Made by a program: the position numbers and the translations under genes. DNA of 64,000 nt from Candidatus Poribacteria bacterium. GTDB lineage: Bacteria; Poribacteria; WGA-4E; PCPOR2b. Positions 21,479-31,802 of the stretch are shown here, piece after piece. Each line of letters opens with the position of its first letter. Position 1 is the first letter of the stretch. The notes under the pieces are model-generated. The model was not told the DNA's origin, made no database searches, and saw only the letters and a program-made list of their open reading frames with translations. Where the stretch lies: NCBI GenBank assembly GCA_965116925.1, contig OZ220744.1, positions 3,392,001 to 3,456,000 of the forward strand. Reading direction: 5' to 3'.

Positions 21479-23269
21479 TTGCAAATGGAGACACAAACAA
21501 TTGACCGAATTGGCGACGGTTGGTTGAGCCAACAGCCCATCTATCGAACGGATCTGGATCGCTGCACCCCCGCAGACGCGCTTGCCACAGAACCCCGTCT
21601 GCGTCGCTGGCGGACGTTGACTTACGAGATCGACTCGCTATCCGGCACCATGTTGCTAGCAGGACCGGAAACGGCGGCACCCACTATCACCTATCCGTTG
21701 AACCTTCGCGGTTTATACGCGGTGTCCGTTGGCGTCTTGCCGATTACAAGTTCCGAAGAAGGGCACCAGCTGGCAGTGCTTCTCAAACGCAGCGGAGCTG
21801 AGACATTTACAGCCCTCACGCTGCCGCCGCAAAGCGATGGCGGACCCCACCATCATGAGATCGTCGAGATGTTCTGGCGGATCACTGACCTGACAGGTCA
21901 CGATTTGCAGATTGGGCAGATTAGCGCACGGGTGGCACCCGGTGATAATGCCGGTTCGTTTGAGTGTGCGCCGGCGCGGGTGGCTTACTTCAAACTTATA
22001 CCCTTGACAGATGCGGAAGCACGCGCCTTTCAATCAGATCAGCAAAGTTCTGATACCAAGCGGTTGTTCGCTCACAATGATGCCCATGGACCGCACTACC
22101 AGTATCGTTTGACGACTCCTGACCATGTGAGGCGCGAGATTGAGCCGTATCGCGACACAGATTTCTCGCGCATCTATTGGGAGGCAGGGGGCGGCGACCA
22201 GACCTCATATCTCAGTCAGATTGGGCGGCGGCACACGATTGATCTCGGCGATTTCGGTCGGCGTGGGGATCGGCTGCACGTAGAAAGTTGGCATGAGTTT
22301 GAAAGACAGGGGATAGATCCATTCGATGTCGCGCTTGAGCATACACACGAGATCGGGCTTCAGTTTCACGCCAGTTATCGGGTGGCTGGTTTCCATTACC
22401 CACCGCCGCTTGACCATTTCAATACAGGCGATACCTTCTATAAGAGACATCCGGAGTGGCGCGGTGTAGACCGGACGGGTCGGCACACGCCACGAATGGC
22501 ATACAGCTTTCCAGAGGTTCGCCGGTTCGTTATCTCGTTGCTTCGCGAGATGGCACAACGACCGATCGATGGCGTCTGCCTGCTCTACAACCGCCGAATG
22601 CCTTTGGTGGAGTACGAGCCACTAATCGTAGAGGGGTTCAAGGGGCAGTTCGGCGACGACCCGCACCAATTAGACCCGGACGATCCGCGCTGGCTGTCGT
22701 ATCGAGCGGGCGTTCTGACGGAGTTCATGCGAGAGGTTCGTGCCGCGATGGATCAAGAGGGGCACGCACAGGGGCGTAGCAAACGTATCGAAATATCGGC
22801 GATCGTCGGCGGCACTGAGCGGGAGAACCTCATCAACGGGATGGACTTGGCGGCATGGATAGGCGAAGGTTTGGTGGACACGCTCATCCCCTATACGTCA
22901 GGACCGAACTACGACAGCAGCGTGACGGCTTGGACGGATCCGAAACAACTTGAGCACTTCGTTGATCTGGTTCGCGGAACATCATGTGTGCTTGCGCCAA
23001 ATCTCATGCCGCGCCACATGACACCGGAGGAGTTTCGACGACGTGCCGCAACAGTCTATAGTGCCGGTGCTGAGCACATGTTCTTTTGGGATTGTGCGGG
23101 GGGATCGGGACGCGCCAACTGCCGCGATATGTGGAACGCACTACGGCGGCTCGGCCATCGGGACGAGATCGATGCGTGGCGAGCGTCAGGCGAGTCAGAC
23201 CTGTCGAACCCGCGCATGGATCTACGTAAACTCGGCGATTGGGATCTGTCTTACGTCACGCCCGGATAG
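21479..23269 (+). CDS. Glycoside hydrolase-like TIM-barrel protein (GHL10-like)
   Basis: DPF..ALE..H..GL.FHAS.R, HPEW and FPEVR...IDGV motifs. Confidence 0.65.
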   Translation: MQMETQTIDRIGDGWLSQQPIYRTDLDRCTPADALATEPRLRRWRTLTYEIDSLSGTMLLAGPETAAPTITYPLNLRGLYAVSVGVLPITSSEEGHQLAVLLKRSGAETFTALTLPPQSDGGPHHHEIVEMFWRITDLTGHDLQIGQISARVAPGDNAGSFECAPARVAYFKLIPLTDAEARAFQSDQQSSDTKRLFAHNDAHGPHYQYRLTTPDHVRREIEPYRDTDFSRIYWEAGGGDQTSYLSQIGRRHTIDLGDFGRRGDRLHVESWHEFERQGIDPFDVALEHTHEIGLQFHASYRVAGFHYPPPLDHFNTGDTFYKRHPEWRGVDRTGRHTPRMAYSFPEVRRFVISLLREMAQRPIDGVCLLYNRRMPLVEYEPLIVEGFKGQFGDDPHQLDPDDPRWLSYRAGVLTEFMREVRAAMDQEGHAQGRSKRIEISAIVGGTERENLINGMDLAAWIGEGLVDTLIPYTSGPNYDSSVTAWTDPKQLEHFVDLVRGTSCVLAPNLMPRHMTPEEFRRRAATVYSAGAEHMFFWDCAGGSGRANCRDMWNALRRLGHRDEIDAWRASGESDLSNPRMDLRKLGDWDLSYVTPG

Positions 23270-23602
23270 TTCAGGGCGATTTTCTTATCCTAGCCCAAGT
23301 GTTTTGGGCAGGCACAAGCCCCACGCTCAACCTGCCCTCACATTGGATTGATTCCTGTAGGGGCAATCCCTTGTGGTTGCCCTGTTGTAGGTCGATTTTC
23401 CAAAATCGACATTCTTTCGTAGGCATCCCGATACATTGGGAGGATCATAGCGTATGAGGAGGTCGAGATATGAATCTCGACCTACAGACTGTATAGGGTA
23501 TGTTGACATTTTGATGTTGCTAATTCGGCAAACGCTGTAATCATTGGGTAATGTACCAAATGTAGCGCGAACTGTTAGTTTGCGAGATGGATCACAATCT
23601 AA

Positions 23603-23717
23603 ATGAAGATTAATTTATTAATTGGGTAATTTCCGAGCGATGTCCGGTGCGGTTGGAAACCGCACCTACCGGGTCTGGGGAAATATAGAATTACCCGTTT
23701 AATTTCTTAAAACCCAT
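23603..23717. mobile_element. MITE family C (ATGAAGATTAA...CAT, ~28-bp imperfect TIRs)
   Basis: Identical copy at 63295-63409; a copy with one difference at 51072-51186. Related copies: 24450-24684, 24503-24619, 50821-50937, 56062-56178, 60871-60987, 62090-62206, 19772-19918, and a partial ending at 18471. Confidence 0.9.
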
Positions 23718-23987
23718 ACAGATTGTGGCACAAAATCACAGACATACAGCAAATTGTAAAATCAACTCAACCCGCCTGATTTTATCCTATCATTCCTTTA
23801 ATGGTCGTATCCTCTTGGCTCCGGTTAAAATCTCCTCAGAAATCTTAGACATTCTTGAAAAAGAGTTGAGACCGTGATATGATAACCCAAGTTTCTCAGG
23901 CGTATCGACATTTATATGAGGTGTATCCGTAATTCAAGGCCTGGTATTGCTGGATACTGATGTTTACCCAATCGTAGGATCTTTTTT

Positions 23988-24038
23988 CGTAGGGGCGAGG
24001 TTTCCTCGCCCAATGGGTTGGGAGACCCAACCCCTACG
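23988..24038. repeat. GTAG-type REP doublet (REPIN-like)
   Basis: CGTAGGGGCGAGG-TTT-CCTCGCCC...GGGTTGGG-AGA-CCCAACCCCTACG. Similar copies near 61075 and 63485; halves near 18520, 55040 and 56874. Confidence 0.75.
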
Positions 24039-24734
24039 CATTCAACAGGTGTCCAGACAGTTTTTTCGCAGATGGAACACTCTCGGAATAGAGACATATT
24101 ATTCCTCTTTAGCCTCAGCGGGGCGATATGTATATAGCAAACTAGTTGTTGTTCTGGTGTTTGTCTGAATCGTGAGACGAAGCGTAATAGGTAATGCGGG
24201 CATCGCAGATTAGGCAATCTGCGCCACGATTGGCATCATTTGCACGACTACTGGGATTCTATAACATAAACCAAGTCGTTAGAATCAGACAGAAACCGAG
24301 TTTTGAAGAAAAAACTCGGTTTACAGTGCTTGGTCTATCAACTAGCAACTTGCGTTAATATACAAGATTCACCATCTCAATGTACCAATGAACTAACGAA
24401 CTGTAGTGGATCTTAGAATTAATGAGACACTCCAAACCGGTGCGGTTGCATGAAGTTTAATTTATTAGTTCGGTAATTTGCTAGCGACATCGGCGCGGTT
24501 GAATGAAAATTAAAAAAATAATTCGGTAATTTGCTAGCGATGCCGGCGCGGTTGAAAACCGCGCCTACCGTATGTTTCGAGGCAAATCGGGATTACCGAT
24601 TTAAATACTTAAACTTCATAAAACCGCGCCTACCGTGTGTTTCGAGGGAAATCGGGATTACCGATTTAAATACTTAAATCTCATCAAACCGCACCTACCA
24701 TCTCAATGAACCAACCATATAAAGGAGTATAATC

Positions 24735-25670
24735 ATGGGTCAAACAATGCGGTATTTGCCTGACGGTCGTATTGAACTTATTGGACAGGACGTGCCCGAT
24801 CCGGGTGCGAATGAGGTGCAGGTCACAGGGGGCGCGTGCGGGATCTGTTCGTGGGATTTGGTGACAGCTAAGCTGGGCGATAAGATGTCTCCCATGGCAC
24901 CGCCCGGACACGAAGGGGTCGGTTATGTGAGCAAGATCGGCGCGGAGGTCACCGGCGTGAAGGAAGGCGACCGCGTCGCAGGTGGCGGTTTTGCGACGGT
25001 GCGAAATCTGTCAGCGGAAAGGTTGTACAAGATCCCAGAATCTGCAAAGCCCGATGAACAGTGGATTGTGGAGCCTGTATCTTGTGCGGTCACGGGAGTT
25101 GATCACTGCCAGATCAGAGGTGGAGATCGGGTTGCTGTTGTCGGCTGCGGGTTCATGGGCTTACTGATTACGCAAGGTTTGCTGCACCACCCACTTGACC
25201 AACTGATCGCAATTGATGTGGTGCAGAACCGTCTGGAGGTGGCAAAGCAGTTTGGTGTGGACGAGGTGTATAACACAACCGAAGTCGATACGACTGAACT
25301 GGCGGCAGACCTGAAAGCGCGGGAGATTGATGTGGTTGTGGATACGTCGGGACATCAGGGCGGGCTGGATCTCGCCACCGATATTGTCAAGCGGGGTGGA
25401 CGGATCAATCTGTTCGGATGGCTCAAGGGCGATACTGCGACCTTTGATCCGACCAAATGGCACATGGGCGGGTTTACAGTTGTCAATTCGTCGCCATCAT
25501 CGAAGATCCGTGACACCTTTGAAGCCGCTATCCGAATGATACATAACGGCGTGTTCGATCTCGAACCGTTGGTCACGCACACGGCGACGTTGGAGGAGTA
25601 CCCGAATCTGATGCAACGGCTTGTAGCGGGCGATTCAAGCTATATTAAAGGTGTGATTACACTCGGATAG
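24735..25670 (+). CDS. Zinc-binding (MDR) alcohol dehydrogenase
   Basis: CGIC.WD, GHEG and V.V.GCG.MG motifs; the structural-zinc four-Cys loop is absent. Confidence 0.9.
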   Translation: MGQTMRYLPDGRIELIGQDVPDPGANEVQVTGGACGICSWDLVTAKLGDKMSPMAPPGHEGVGYVSKIGAEVTGVKEGDRVAGGGFATVRNLSAERLYKIPESAKPDEQWIVEPVSCAVTGVDHCQIRGGDRVAVVGCGFMGLLITQGLLHHPLDQLIAIDVVQNRLEVAKQFGVDEVYNTTEVDTTELAADLKAREIDVVVDTSGHQGGLDLATDIVKRGGRINLFGWLKGDTATFDPTKWHMGGFTVVNSSPSSKIRDTFEAAIRMIHNGVFDLEPLVTHTATLEEYPNLMQRLVAGDSSYIKGVITLG

Positions 25671-25961
25671 TTCGTGCCGATTTAGTTTACTAGCAGGAAT
25701 TACGCACTTCAGATTGTAGGGAACGCAGATCTGCGTTCCCTACGAATTACAAGGGCTGAATCATCATTACGAAGCGTTAACGTATCCAACTGCATAAGTC
25801 CTAACTAGTTCATTAATGAACCAATATACGTTTTGCACTTTCTTTTTACACTCATGTTAAGAAATTGTGCAACAGAAACCGAGTTTTGCCGAAAAAACTC
25901 GGTTTCTCTTCGTGTTTTGCACTTTCTTTTAACATGAACTGAATCAAAAAGGTACTATGCT

Positions 25962-27014
25962 ATGACAGCGAAGACATTTCCGAAAGTGGAGTGGGAGGTT
26001 GCTCTCCCTTCCGACGTGGGGATAGATGCTGAGAAATTGAACCTGGCCAAGGGGTGGCTCGATTCAAAGTTTGCAGATGACAGATACCGCATAGCGATTG
26101 TGCGGGACGGCTATCTCGTGGCAGAATGGACACATAATATCCTAAGTGGGGAAAAGCATCACATCGCCTCTGCCAATAAGTCGATCCTGTCCAGTATGCT
26201 CGGCATAGCGGTTGAGGAGGGCAAAATCGGAAGTGCCGACGATCTCGCTGTGGACTACTATCCTGAGCTGATGGAGGTGCCGGAGGGCGAAGGTCCCAAG
26301 GAGGGGCGGTGGGCATTTGAGGCGAATCGTGGGATGACGCTTCGACATCTGATCTGCAATGTATCGGGATATATGAAACCGGGTGAAGCACCGGGACAGG
26401 TGTTCAATTATCAGACCAACGGGATGTGTGTGCTTTCGCACTGCATCGAGAAAGCGTATGGGTTGTATGATGTCAATCGTCCGGAGGAATCACCGAAGAT
26501 TTCACCGCTTTACAAGGAGAAGATCGCTGATGTGATTGGTGCGGATTGGGAGTATAGATCGAGATCCCAACAGATGCACGATAAAGCGCGGCTCCACATC
26601 TTTGGGTGGGGTTCGGAAATTCTCACCAGTCTGCGAGCGTTGGCACGGTTGGGTTGGCTCTGGTGCAACTGGGGCAGGTGGGAAGGGAGGTCCGTAATCC
26701 CCGAAAGCTGGCTACGCGAGGCAACTGCTGTCGCGCCCGATATTCTGGCGAACAGTCCTGAGAATATGTGGCGGTACGGACACGGATTTTGGACAAATCA
26801 AAAGGGCAAACTCTGGCACGATCTGCCAAGAGAGGGGTATGCCGCTTGGGGTGCGGGTGGGCATTATGTGGTTGTGTTTCCGAGCTACGAACTTGTCGTA
26901 GTGATGAATCCCACGCCCTATCCGGGATCGTCGCAGCCTTACGAGACGCATACCGTCACATGGTTACAGCAGCAAGAGGTTTTGAGGCTGATCCTCGATG
27001 CGTGTGAAGCGTGA
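25962..27014 (+). CDS. Serine hydrolase, beta-lactamase/class C-like
   Basis: SANK (SxxK) and FNY..N motifs. Confidence 0.85.
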   Translation: MTAKTFPKVEWEVALPSDVGIDAEKLNLAKGWLDSKFADDRYRIAIVRDGYLVAEWTHNILSGEKHHIASANKSILSSMLGIAVEEGKIGSADDLAVDYYPELMEVPEGEGPKEGRWAFEANRGMTLRHLICNVSGYMKPGEAPGQVFNYQTNGMCVLSHCIEKAYGLYDVNRPEESPKISPLYKEKIADVIGADWEYRSRSQQMHDKARLHIFGWGSEILTSLRALARLGWLWCNWGRWEGRSVIPESWLREATAVAPDILANSPENMWRYGHGFWTNQKGKLWHDLPREGYAAWGAGGHYVVVFPSYELVVVMNPTPYPGSSQPYETHTVTWLQQQEVLRLILDACEA

Positions 27015-27094
27015 AACGTGAAACGTAACGCACTAAGTAGATACTGATTTACTGCACAAGAAACGGATTAAGTATTTAGCCAGTGGATAAATGC

Positions 27095-27427
27095 TTAATC
27101 TGAATCCTTACTTTTACGATCTGGTATAAGCTTATTCAGAATCAATCGAATGTCCGCTCGAATCTCATCAAATCGTCTATCAATAGCATCAAATCGTCTA
27201 TCAATAGCATCAAATCGTTTATCGATAGTCTCAAATCGCCTATCGATAGTCTCAAATCGTCTATCAACAGCCTCGAATTGTTTATCAACAGCCCCGAATC
27301 GTCTATTAACATCATTACGGAAATCATCAATGCGTTTGTTGGTTTGTCGGTTGACATATATCACAATGCCCCCAACACCAACAACAATTGACACGATGAT
27401 TGTAAGTGTCTGTCCCCAATCATTCAT
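27095..27427 (-). CDS. Membrane-anchored heptad-repeat coiled-coil protein
   Basis: N-terminal TM helix, (D.RF..I/V)n encoded by 21-nt repeats, AGGAGG RBS. Confidence 0.8.
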   Translation of the reverse strand: MNDWGQTLTIIVSIVVGVGGIVIYVNRQTNKRIDDFRNDVNRRFGAVDKQFEAVDRRFETIDRRFETIDKRFDAIDRRFDAIDRRFDEIRADIRLILNKLIPDRKSKDSD

Positions 27428-27453
27428 GTGTTTACCTCCTTATTAACTTTAAC

Positions 27454-27482
27454 AATATACATCAATTATATCCTACTGTCAA
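27454..27482 (-). promoter_or_regulatory. Sigma70-like promoter
   Basis: TTGACA-17 nt-TATATT upstream of the RBS of 27095..27427. Confidence 0.6.
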
Positions 27483-27509
27483 GAACAAAGATAAGTCCAC
27501 TTCTAGTGT

Positions 27510-27670
27510 CGTAGGTTGGGTTGAACGACAGTGAAACCCAACATCGTTGGTTGAAGTCCTAACTCCGTTGGGTTTCACTCAAATCTATTTATAAGTAAAG
27601 TATTGTTGAAAGACGAGACCGTTATTTTCTTTGATAGGGATTGGGGTAGAACCGTTCAACCCAACCTACG
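27510..27670. repeat. REPIN-like element with perfect CGTAGGTTGGGTTGAACG inverted ends
   Basis: Inverted ends are visible directly; right halves recur at about 51035-51257 and 58995-59099. Confidence 0.75.
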
Positions 27671-27857
27671 GGCTCGATGCGTGTGAAACGTAATGCGTAA
27701 AACGTGAATGAACTATAGTAGATTTTAGAATTAATGAGACACTCAAAATCGGCGCAGTTGGAAACAGCGCCTACCAAGCATGGGGAGCGAAAGTGTTTAT
27801 TTATTTTTTGAATTCACTATAATGAACCAATGAACCAGCAGAATGAGGAGGTTAGCG

Positions 27858-29054
27858 ATGACCGAATCAAGGAAGCGAGAGCTACAAGCAGAACTAGATA
27901 GCATGACCGTCCATCAAGAAACGCGGGTTGGGTGGGATGAAAATACGCCGCCCAATGAAACCTTAGATCAATATGGCAACCTCTTGGCGAGAAATCGGGG
28001 GGTGGTGCCGGTGCCGGACAATCGATCCCCCAAGCGTCGGGTGTACGATGATCCGAGCGTCGAGGCACTACGGGCACACCTCCGAGAACATAACGGGATT
28101 CGCGGTCTCGAAATCTGCGACCCCAGCGAGGTAGAGCGTGCCGCTCGGATTTTCCGTCGAGACGGCTTCGTGGTGGTGCGCGATCTGCTCAACGCGGAAC
28201 AGCTAGCGACTTGGAGGGCAGGCTGCGCCGAGGCACTGAAACAGATCTTGGAAACCCCCGGTCCGGGAGAGCGGAAATATATGACCGAAACCGGACGGCT
28301 GCCACACCGATACAGCTACGGCACCTGTTCCGCTTCGAGGCAGATGCTCCACCATCCCGCCTGGGCGCATATGATCGACCTGCCGACGACCACGCCCATT
28401 GTCACGGAGATCTTCGGTTCTTCCGATTACCGCGTTTGGGGTTCTGGTGGCGATCTCTGTCTGCCCGGCGCAGTCGAATATCAACACCTCCACTCCGACG
28501 GCAGAGACGGACAGCACCTCTCAGAGGCGCGCATCGAGCAGGCACGACGGGTGGGGGTTGAGTTCGATACCGACAGCTCGGGCAACTTGGATGTGCCGAC
28601 AATCAAGTTGATTATGGAGATGACACCGCCGACGGTAACCATCAACTTCTTGATGGCGGACCTCACGTGGGAGAACGGTCCAATTCGTCAGATTCCGGGG
28701 ACGCATACCGCGCAGCAGCCACCACCGATAACCGACGATGAACCCGATTGGATGCGACATTCAACGCTCGTCGGTGCCCCCGCGGGTGCCGGTGTTTTCC
28801 GCGATAACCGAGCGTGGCACGGTGCAACCCCCAATCTGTCCAAAGAGGTCAGGTCGCTGCCAAACGTCGAGTATGCCGCCCCGTGGCGCACGCGGGACGG
28901 GTTTAAGGTGGTCATGCCCCATGAGATGTGGGAAACAATGACACCGCACGGCAAGAAATTGTGCGACTGGATCAAGGCGGAGCCGGGCGTTTGGCCCCCC
29001 GGTGCCGGTATCATGCACCCGCTCGCAGGTGCGCGCGAAGAGGCAGCAAAGTGA
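27858..29054 (+). CDS. Phytanoyl-CoA dioxygenase (PhyH) family protein
   Basis: F.RDGFVVV, HSD, ENGP...PGTH and WHG motifs. Confidence 0.88.
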   Translation: MTESRKRELQAELDSMTVHQETRVGWDENTPPNETLDQYGNLLARNRGVVPVPDNRSPKRRVYDDPSVEALRAHLREHNGIRGLEICDPSEVERAARIFRRDGFVVVRDLLNAEQLATWRAGCAEALKQILETPGPGERKYMTETGRLPHRYSYGTCSASRQMLHHPAWAHMIDLPTTTPIVTEIFGSSDYRVWGSGGDLCLPGAVEYQHLHSDGRDGQHLSEARIEQARRVGVEFDTDSSGNLDVPTIKLIMEMTPPTVTINFLMADLTWENGPIRQIPGTHTAQQPPPITDDEPDWMRHSTLVGAPAGAGVFRDNRAWHGATPNLSKEVRSLPNVEYAAPWRTRDGFKVVMPHEMWETMTPHGKKLCDWIKAEPGVWPPGAGIMHPLAGAREEAAK

Positions 29055-29096
29055 GTGATGCGTGAAACGTGAATCAACTGATGCACTAATGAACTT

Positions 29097-29208
29097 GGTT
29101 CATATCAAAAGAAAGTGCAAAATGCAAAGAGAAACCGAGTCTTTTCGGAAGTACGGGCGGGGTAACCCCGCCCCTACGGTTTCTTTGCACTATTTCTTAA
29201 CATGAGCC
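29097..29208. mobile_element. MITE family G (GG(C/T)TCAT...ATGAGC ends, 8-bp TSD, IS1595-like)
   Basis: Flanked by ATGAACTT direct repeats. The copy at 61035-61166 is flanked by TTTATTTT. A third copy lies at about 25851-25939. Confidence 0.7.
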
Positions 29209-29232
29209 ATGAACTTATTTAGGAGGCAACCC

Positions 29233-30273
29233 ATGTTAAACTGGGGCGTTATGAGTGCCGGCGGCATCGCCTACGTCTTCTGCAATGCGATGCGCTTTAC
29301 GGACTCTGGGGGTATTCTTGCGGTCGCGAGTCGTACCCAATCCCGTATGGACAGGTTGGTGGACGATTTTGATATCCCCCGACAATACACCAGCTATGAG
29401 GCACTGTTAGAGGACGACGAGATCGATGCCATCTATATCGCAACGATCCACCCACTCCACGCCGAATGGGCGATTAAATGCGCCGAAGCCGGCAAGCACA
29501 TCCTCGTCGAGAAACCGATTAGCATGAACCACGCCGAAGCCGCGGCGATGGTTGACGCTGCACGGGAAAACGATGTGTTCCTTATGGAAGCCTTTATGTA
29601 TCGGTGCCATCCGCAGATCCAACGGGTGGTTCAGCTTATACAGGATGGCGCTATCGGCGATGTCCACATCGTTCGGGCAACGTTCGGTGGGCAGGTCGGT
29701 TTCAACCCGCAAAGCCGGATTTACAACCGCGAAATGGGCGGCGGGGGTATCCTCGATCTGGGATGCTATACCGCTTCAGCCGTCCGCCGCTTCGCCGGTG
29801 CTGCCGAAGGGAAGCTGTTTCTGCATCCGACTGTGGTAAAAGCGACCGGGAAGGTGGGCCCCACGGGGGTAGACCACATCGCCGCAGCCGCACTCAAGTT
29901 TGAAAACAACATCGTTGGGGATATAGTTGCTGCGGTCGAGGGGAGCGTTGGGAGGGGTGTCTCCATCCACGGCTCGGAGGGGGTTATCACGATCCCGAAT
30001 CCGTGGCTGCCTTCTTCGCCGTGTCGGGGTGCGAAGGAACCGCTGCCGCTTGATACCGTCTTTCCGTCATCGACGATCATCGTTCAACCCCATGGTGAGG
30101 GCGAACCCACTGAGATTGAGGTCACTGTTGACCGCGACCTCTTTACCTATGAAGCGGACATGGTCGCCAATCACATCGACGCACGGCAAGCCCCTGCAAT
30201 GTCTTGGGACGATACGCTTTCAAATATGCGACTGTTGGACACTTGGCGGGAACAGGTTGGGGTGGTTCATTAA
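29233..30273 (+). CDS. Gfo/Idh/MocA oxidoreductase
   Basis: GKHILVEKP, EAFMYR.HP and GGG.ILDLGCY motifs. Confidence 0.93.
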   Translation: MLNWGVMSAGGIAYVFCNAMRFTDSGGILAVASRTQSRMDRLVDDFDIPRQYTSYEALLEDDEIDAIYIATIHPLHAEWAIKCAEAGKHILVEKPISMNHAEAAAMVDAARENDVFLMEAFMYRCHPQIQRVVQLIQDGAIGDVHIVRATFGGQVGFNPQSRIYNREMGGGGILDLGCYTASAVRRFAGAAEGKLFLHPTVVKATGKVGPTGVDHIAAAALKFENNIVGDIVAAVEGSVGRGVSIHGSEGVITIPNPWLPSSPCRGAKEPLPLDTVFPSSTIIVQPHGEGEPTEIEVTVDRDLFTYEADMVANHIDARQAPAMSWDDTLSNMRLLDTWREQVGVVH

Positions 30274-30401
30274 CGATAATATGTAGGAATGAGGAGGCGA
30301 GGAAGCGGGGAAGCGAGGAGGCGGGGAAAGATACTCGCTCCCTCACCCCCACGCTCCCTCGTTCACTCCCTTACGCACTGTTCTTCTAAGGAGATTAGTC
30401 T

Positions 30402-31619
30402 ATGCGAAAAGCTAACATTGCATCGGTCGGTTTGGGCGCGGTGGCACAACGCTGGCATCTGCCGACCATCGCTGAGTTGACAAAAAAAGGAGATCTGAAT
30501 TTTATCGCCGTATGCGATATCGATGAAGCGAAGGCGAGCGAGACCGGGAAACAGTACGGTCTGCCGTACTATACCGATGTCGAAGAGATGTTAGAAAAAC
30601 ACAAGGATATCGATGTCGTAGACGTTTGCGCTGGCGATTATGAGCATCATACGGTCGCGAAGATTGCCGCGGAACATAAGATGCACCCGATCGTCGAAAA
30701 ACCGATGGCACCGACCCTGCCCATATGCGATGTAATCATAAACGCCTGCAAGAAAAACGGCGTCCACTTCGAGGTCGCCGAAAACTACTTCCGGATGCCG
30801 AACGATCGGATCCTCATCAAGCTAATCACCGAGGGTGTACTCGGTGACATCATGCGAGTCCACTTTATCGAACCGTCTGGGCGAGGCAGACAGTTTGTGC
30901 ACGGGGCGAAACCGCAAGGGATCGCTCGCCCGGTCTCGACGTTTGGCTCCCACTCCGGTGTCTGTATTGATATGGGTGTGCATCGGATGTCTCAGCTCCG
31001 GTTTTATGCCCAGAGCGAGCCGAAACGGATAGCGGGAATCACCAAGCAGTTCGTCCCGAACACCGAGAGGGTATACGAGGATTGGGGGCACGCACTGATC
31101 GAGTTTGAAAGCGGTGCGGTCGGTGTCTACGAGGCGTCGCAGGTCGGTGAGGAAACGATCCGGTACAACCAGGTCATGGGAACAAAAGGGGTGATGACAA
31201 ACGCCAATTATTGGACCTCCGATTTCCCACTCCGTGCGATGGTGGACGGCGAGATGCAGGATATTCCGATCGAGAGGGAGCGGCATACCGTCGATGGGGT
31301 TGATGTCCTGTCAAGGATAGTTGTCCACACCGATCCGCAGATTGTATATGAGAATCCGTTCCGAGAATATGCGATAGATGATTGGAACGTCGGGACCGCT
31401 GAGGAGATCATGAGCATCGCCAACGCCGCGCTGTATGACCGTGAACCGGAATACGGGATTGGTGGACGGAAAGATGTGGAGATGTGTATCGCGCTCTATG
31501 AATCTTCGCTTACGGGGATGACACCTGTCGATCTGCCGATAACGGAGATCACCAATTATGAGCAGATGGTCCACGACGAGTATCGTGAAGCGTTTGGTCA
31601 CGCCCCCGACGAAATTTGA
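30402..31619 (+). CDS. Gfo/Idh/MocA oxidoreductase
   Basis: VGLG, VEKPMA, VAENY and DMGVH motifs. Confidence 0.9.
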   Translation: MRKANIASVGLGAVAQRWHLPTIAELTKKGDLNFIAVCDIDEAKASETGKQYGLPYYTDVEEMLEKHKDIDVVDVCAGDYEHHTVAKIAAEHKMHPIVEKPMAPTLPICDVIINACKKNGVHFEVAENYFRMPNDRILIKLITEGVLGDIMRVHFIEPSGRGRQFVHGAKPQGIARPVSTFGSHSGVCIDMGVHRMSQLRFYAQSEPKRIAGITKQFVPNTERVYEDWGHALIEFESGAVGVYEASQVGEETIRYNQVMGTKGVMTNANYWTSDFPLRAMVDGEMQDIPIERERHTVDGVDVLSRIVVHTDPQIVYENPFREYAIDDWNVGTAEEIMSIANAALYDREPEYGIGGRKDVEMCIALYESSLTGMTPVDLPITEITNYEQMVHDEYREAFGHAPDEI

Positions 31620-31802
31620 GTTAGTTCACTAGTGCTGCCAAATGTAGCGCGAACTGTTAGTTTGCGGCGTGGGATCACAATCTAACAGATCGTGGTACAA
31701 CAGACTTCTATGAAATAAGTTTGGGTGTCAAGATATGAATCTCGACCTACAATTGGCTAGTTGATTTAATGAACCGATGAACAAATATGGGAGGGAATAC
31801 CG

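Noticed and set aside
23855..23883. TTGAAA-17 nt-TATGAT promoter-like motif
   Set aside because: No credible gene within about 850 bp downstream; cannot be assigned.
23912..24217. Short ORFs in repeat-rich intergenic DNA (also 60897, 63430, 63515, 48273)
   Set aside because: They are translations of REP/MITE sequence with no protein-family features.
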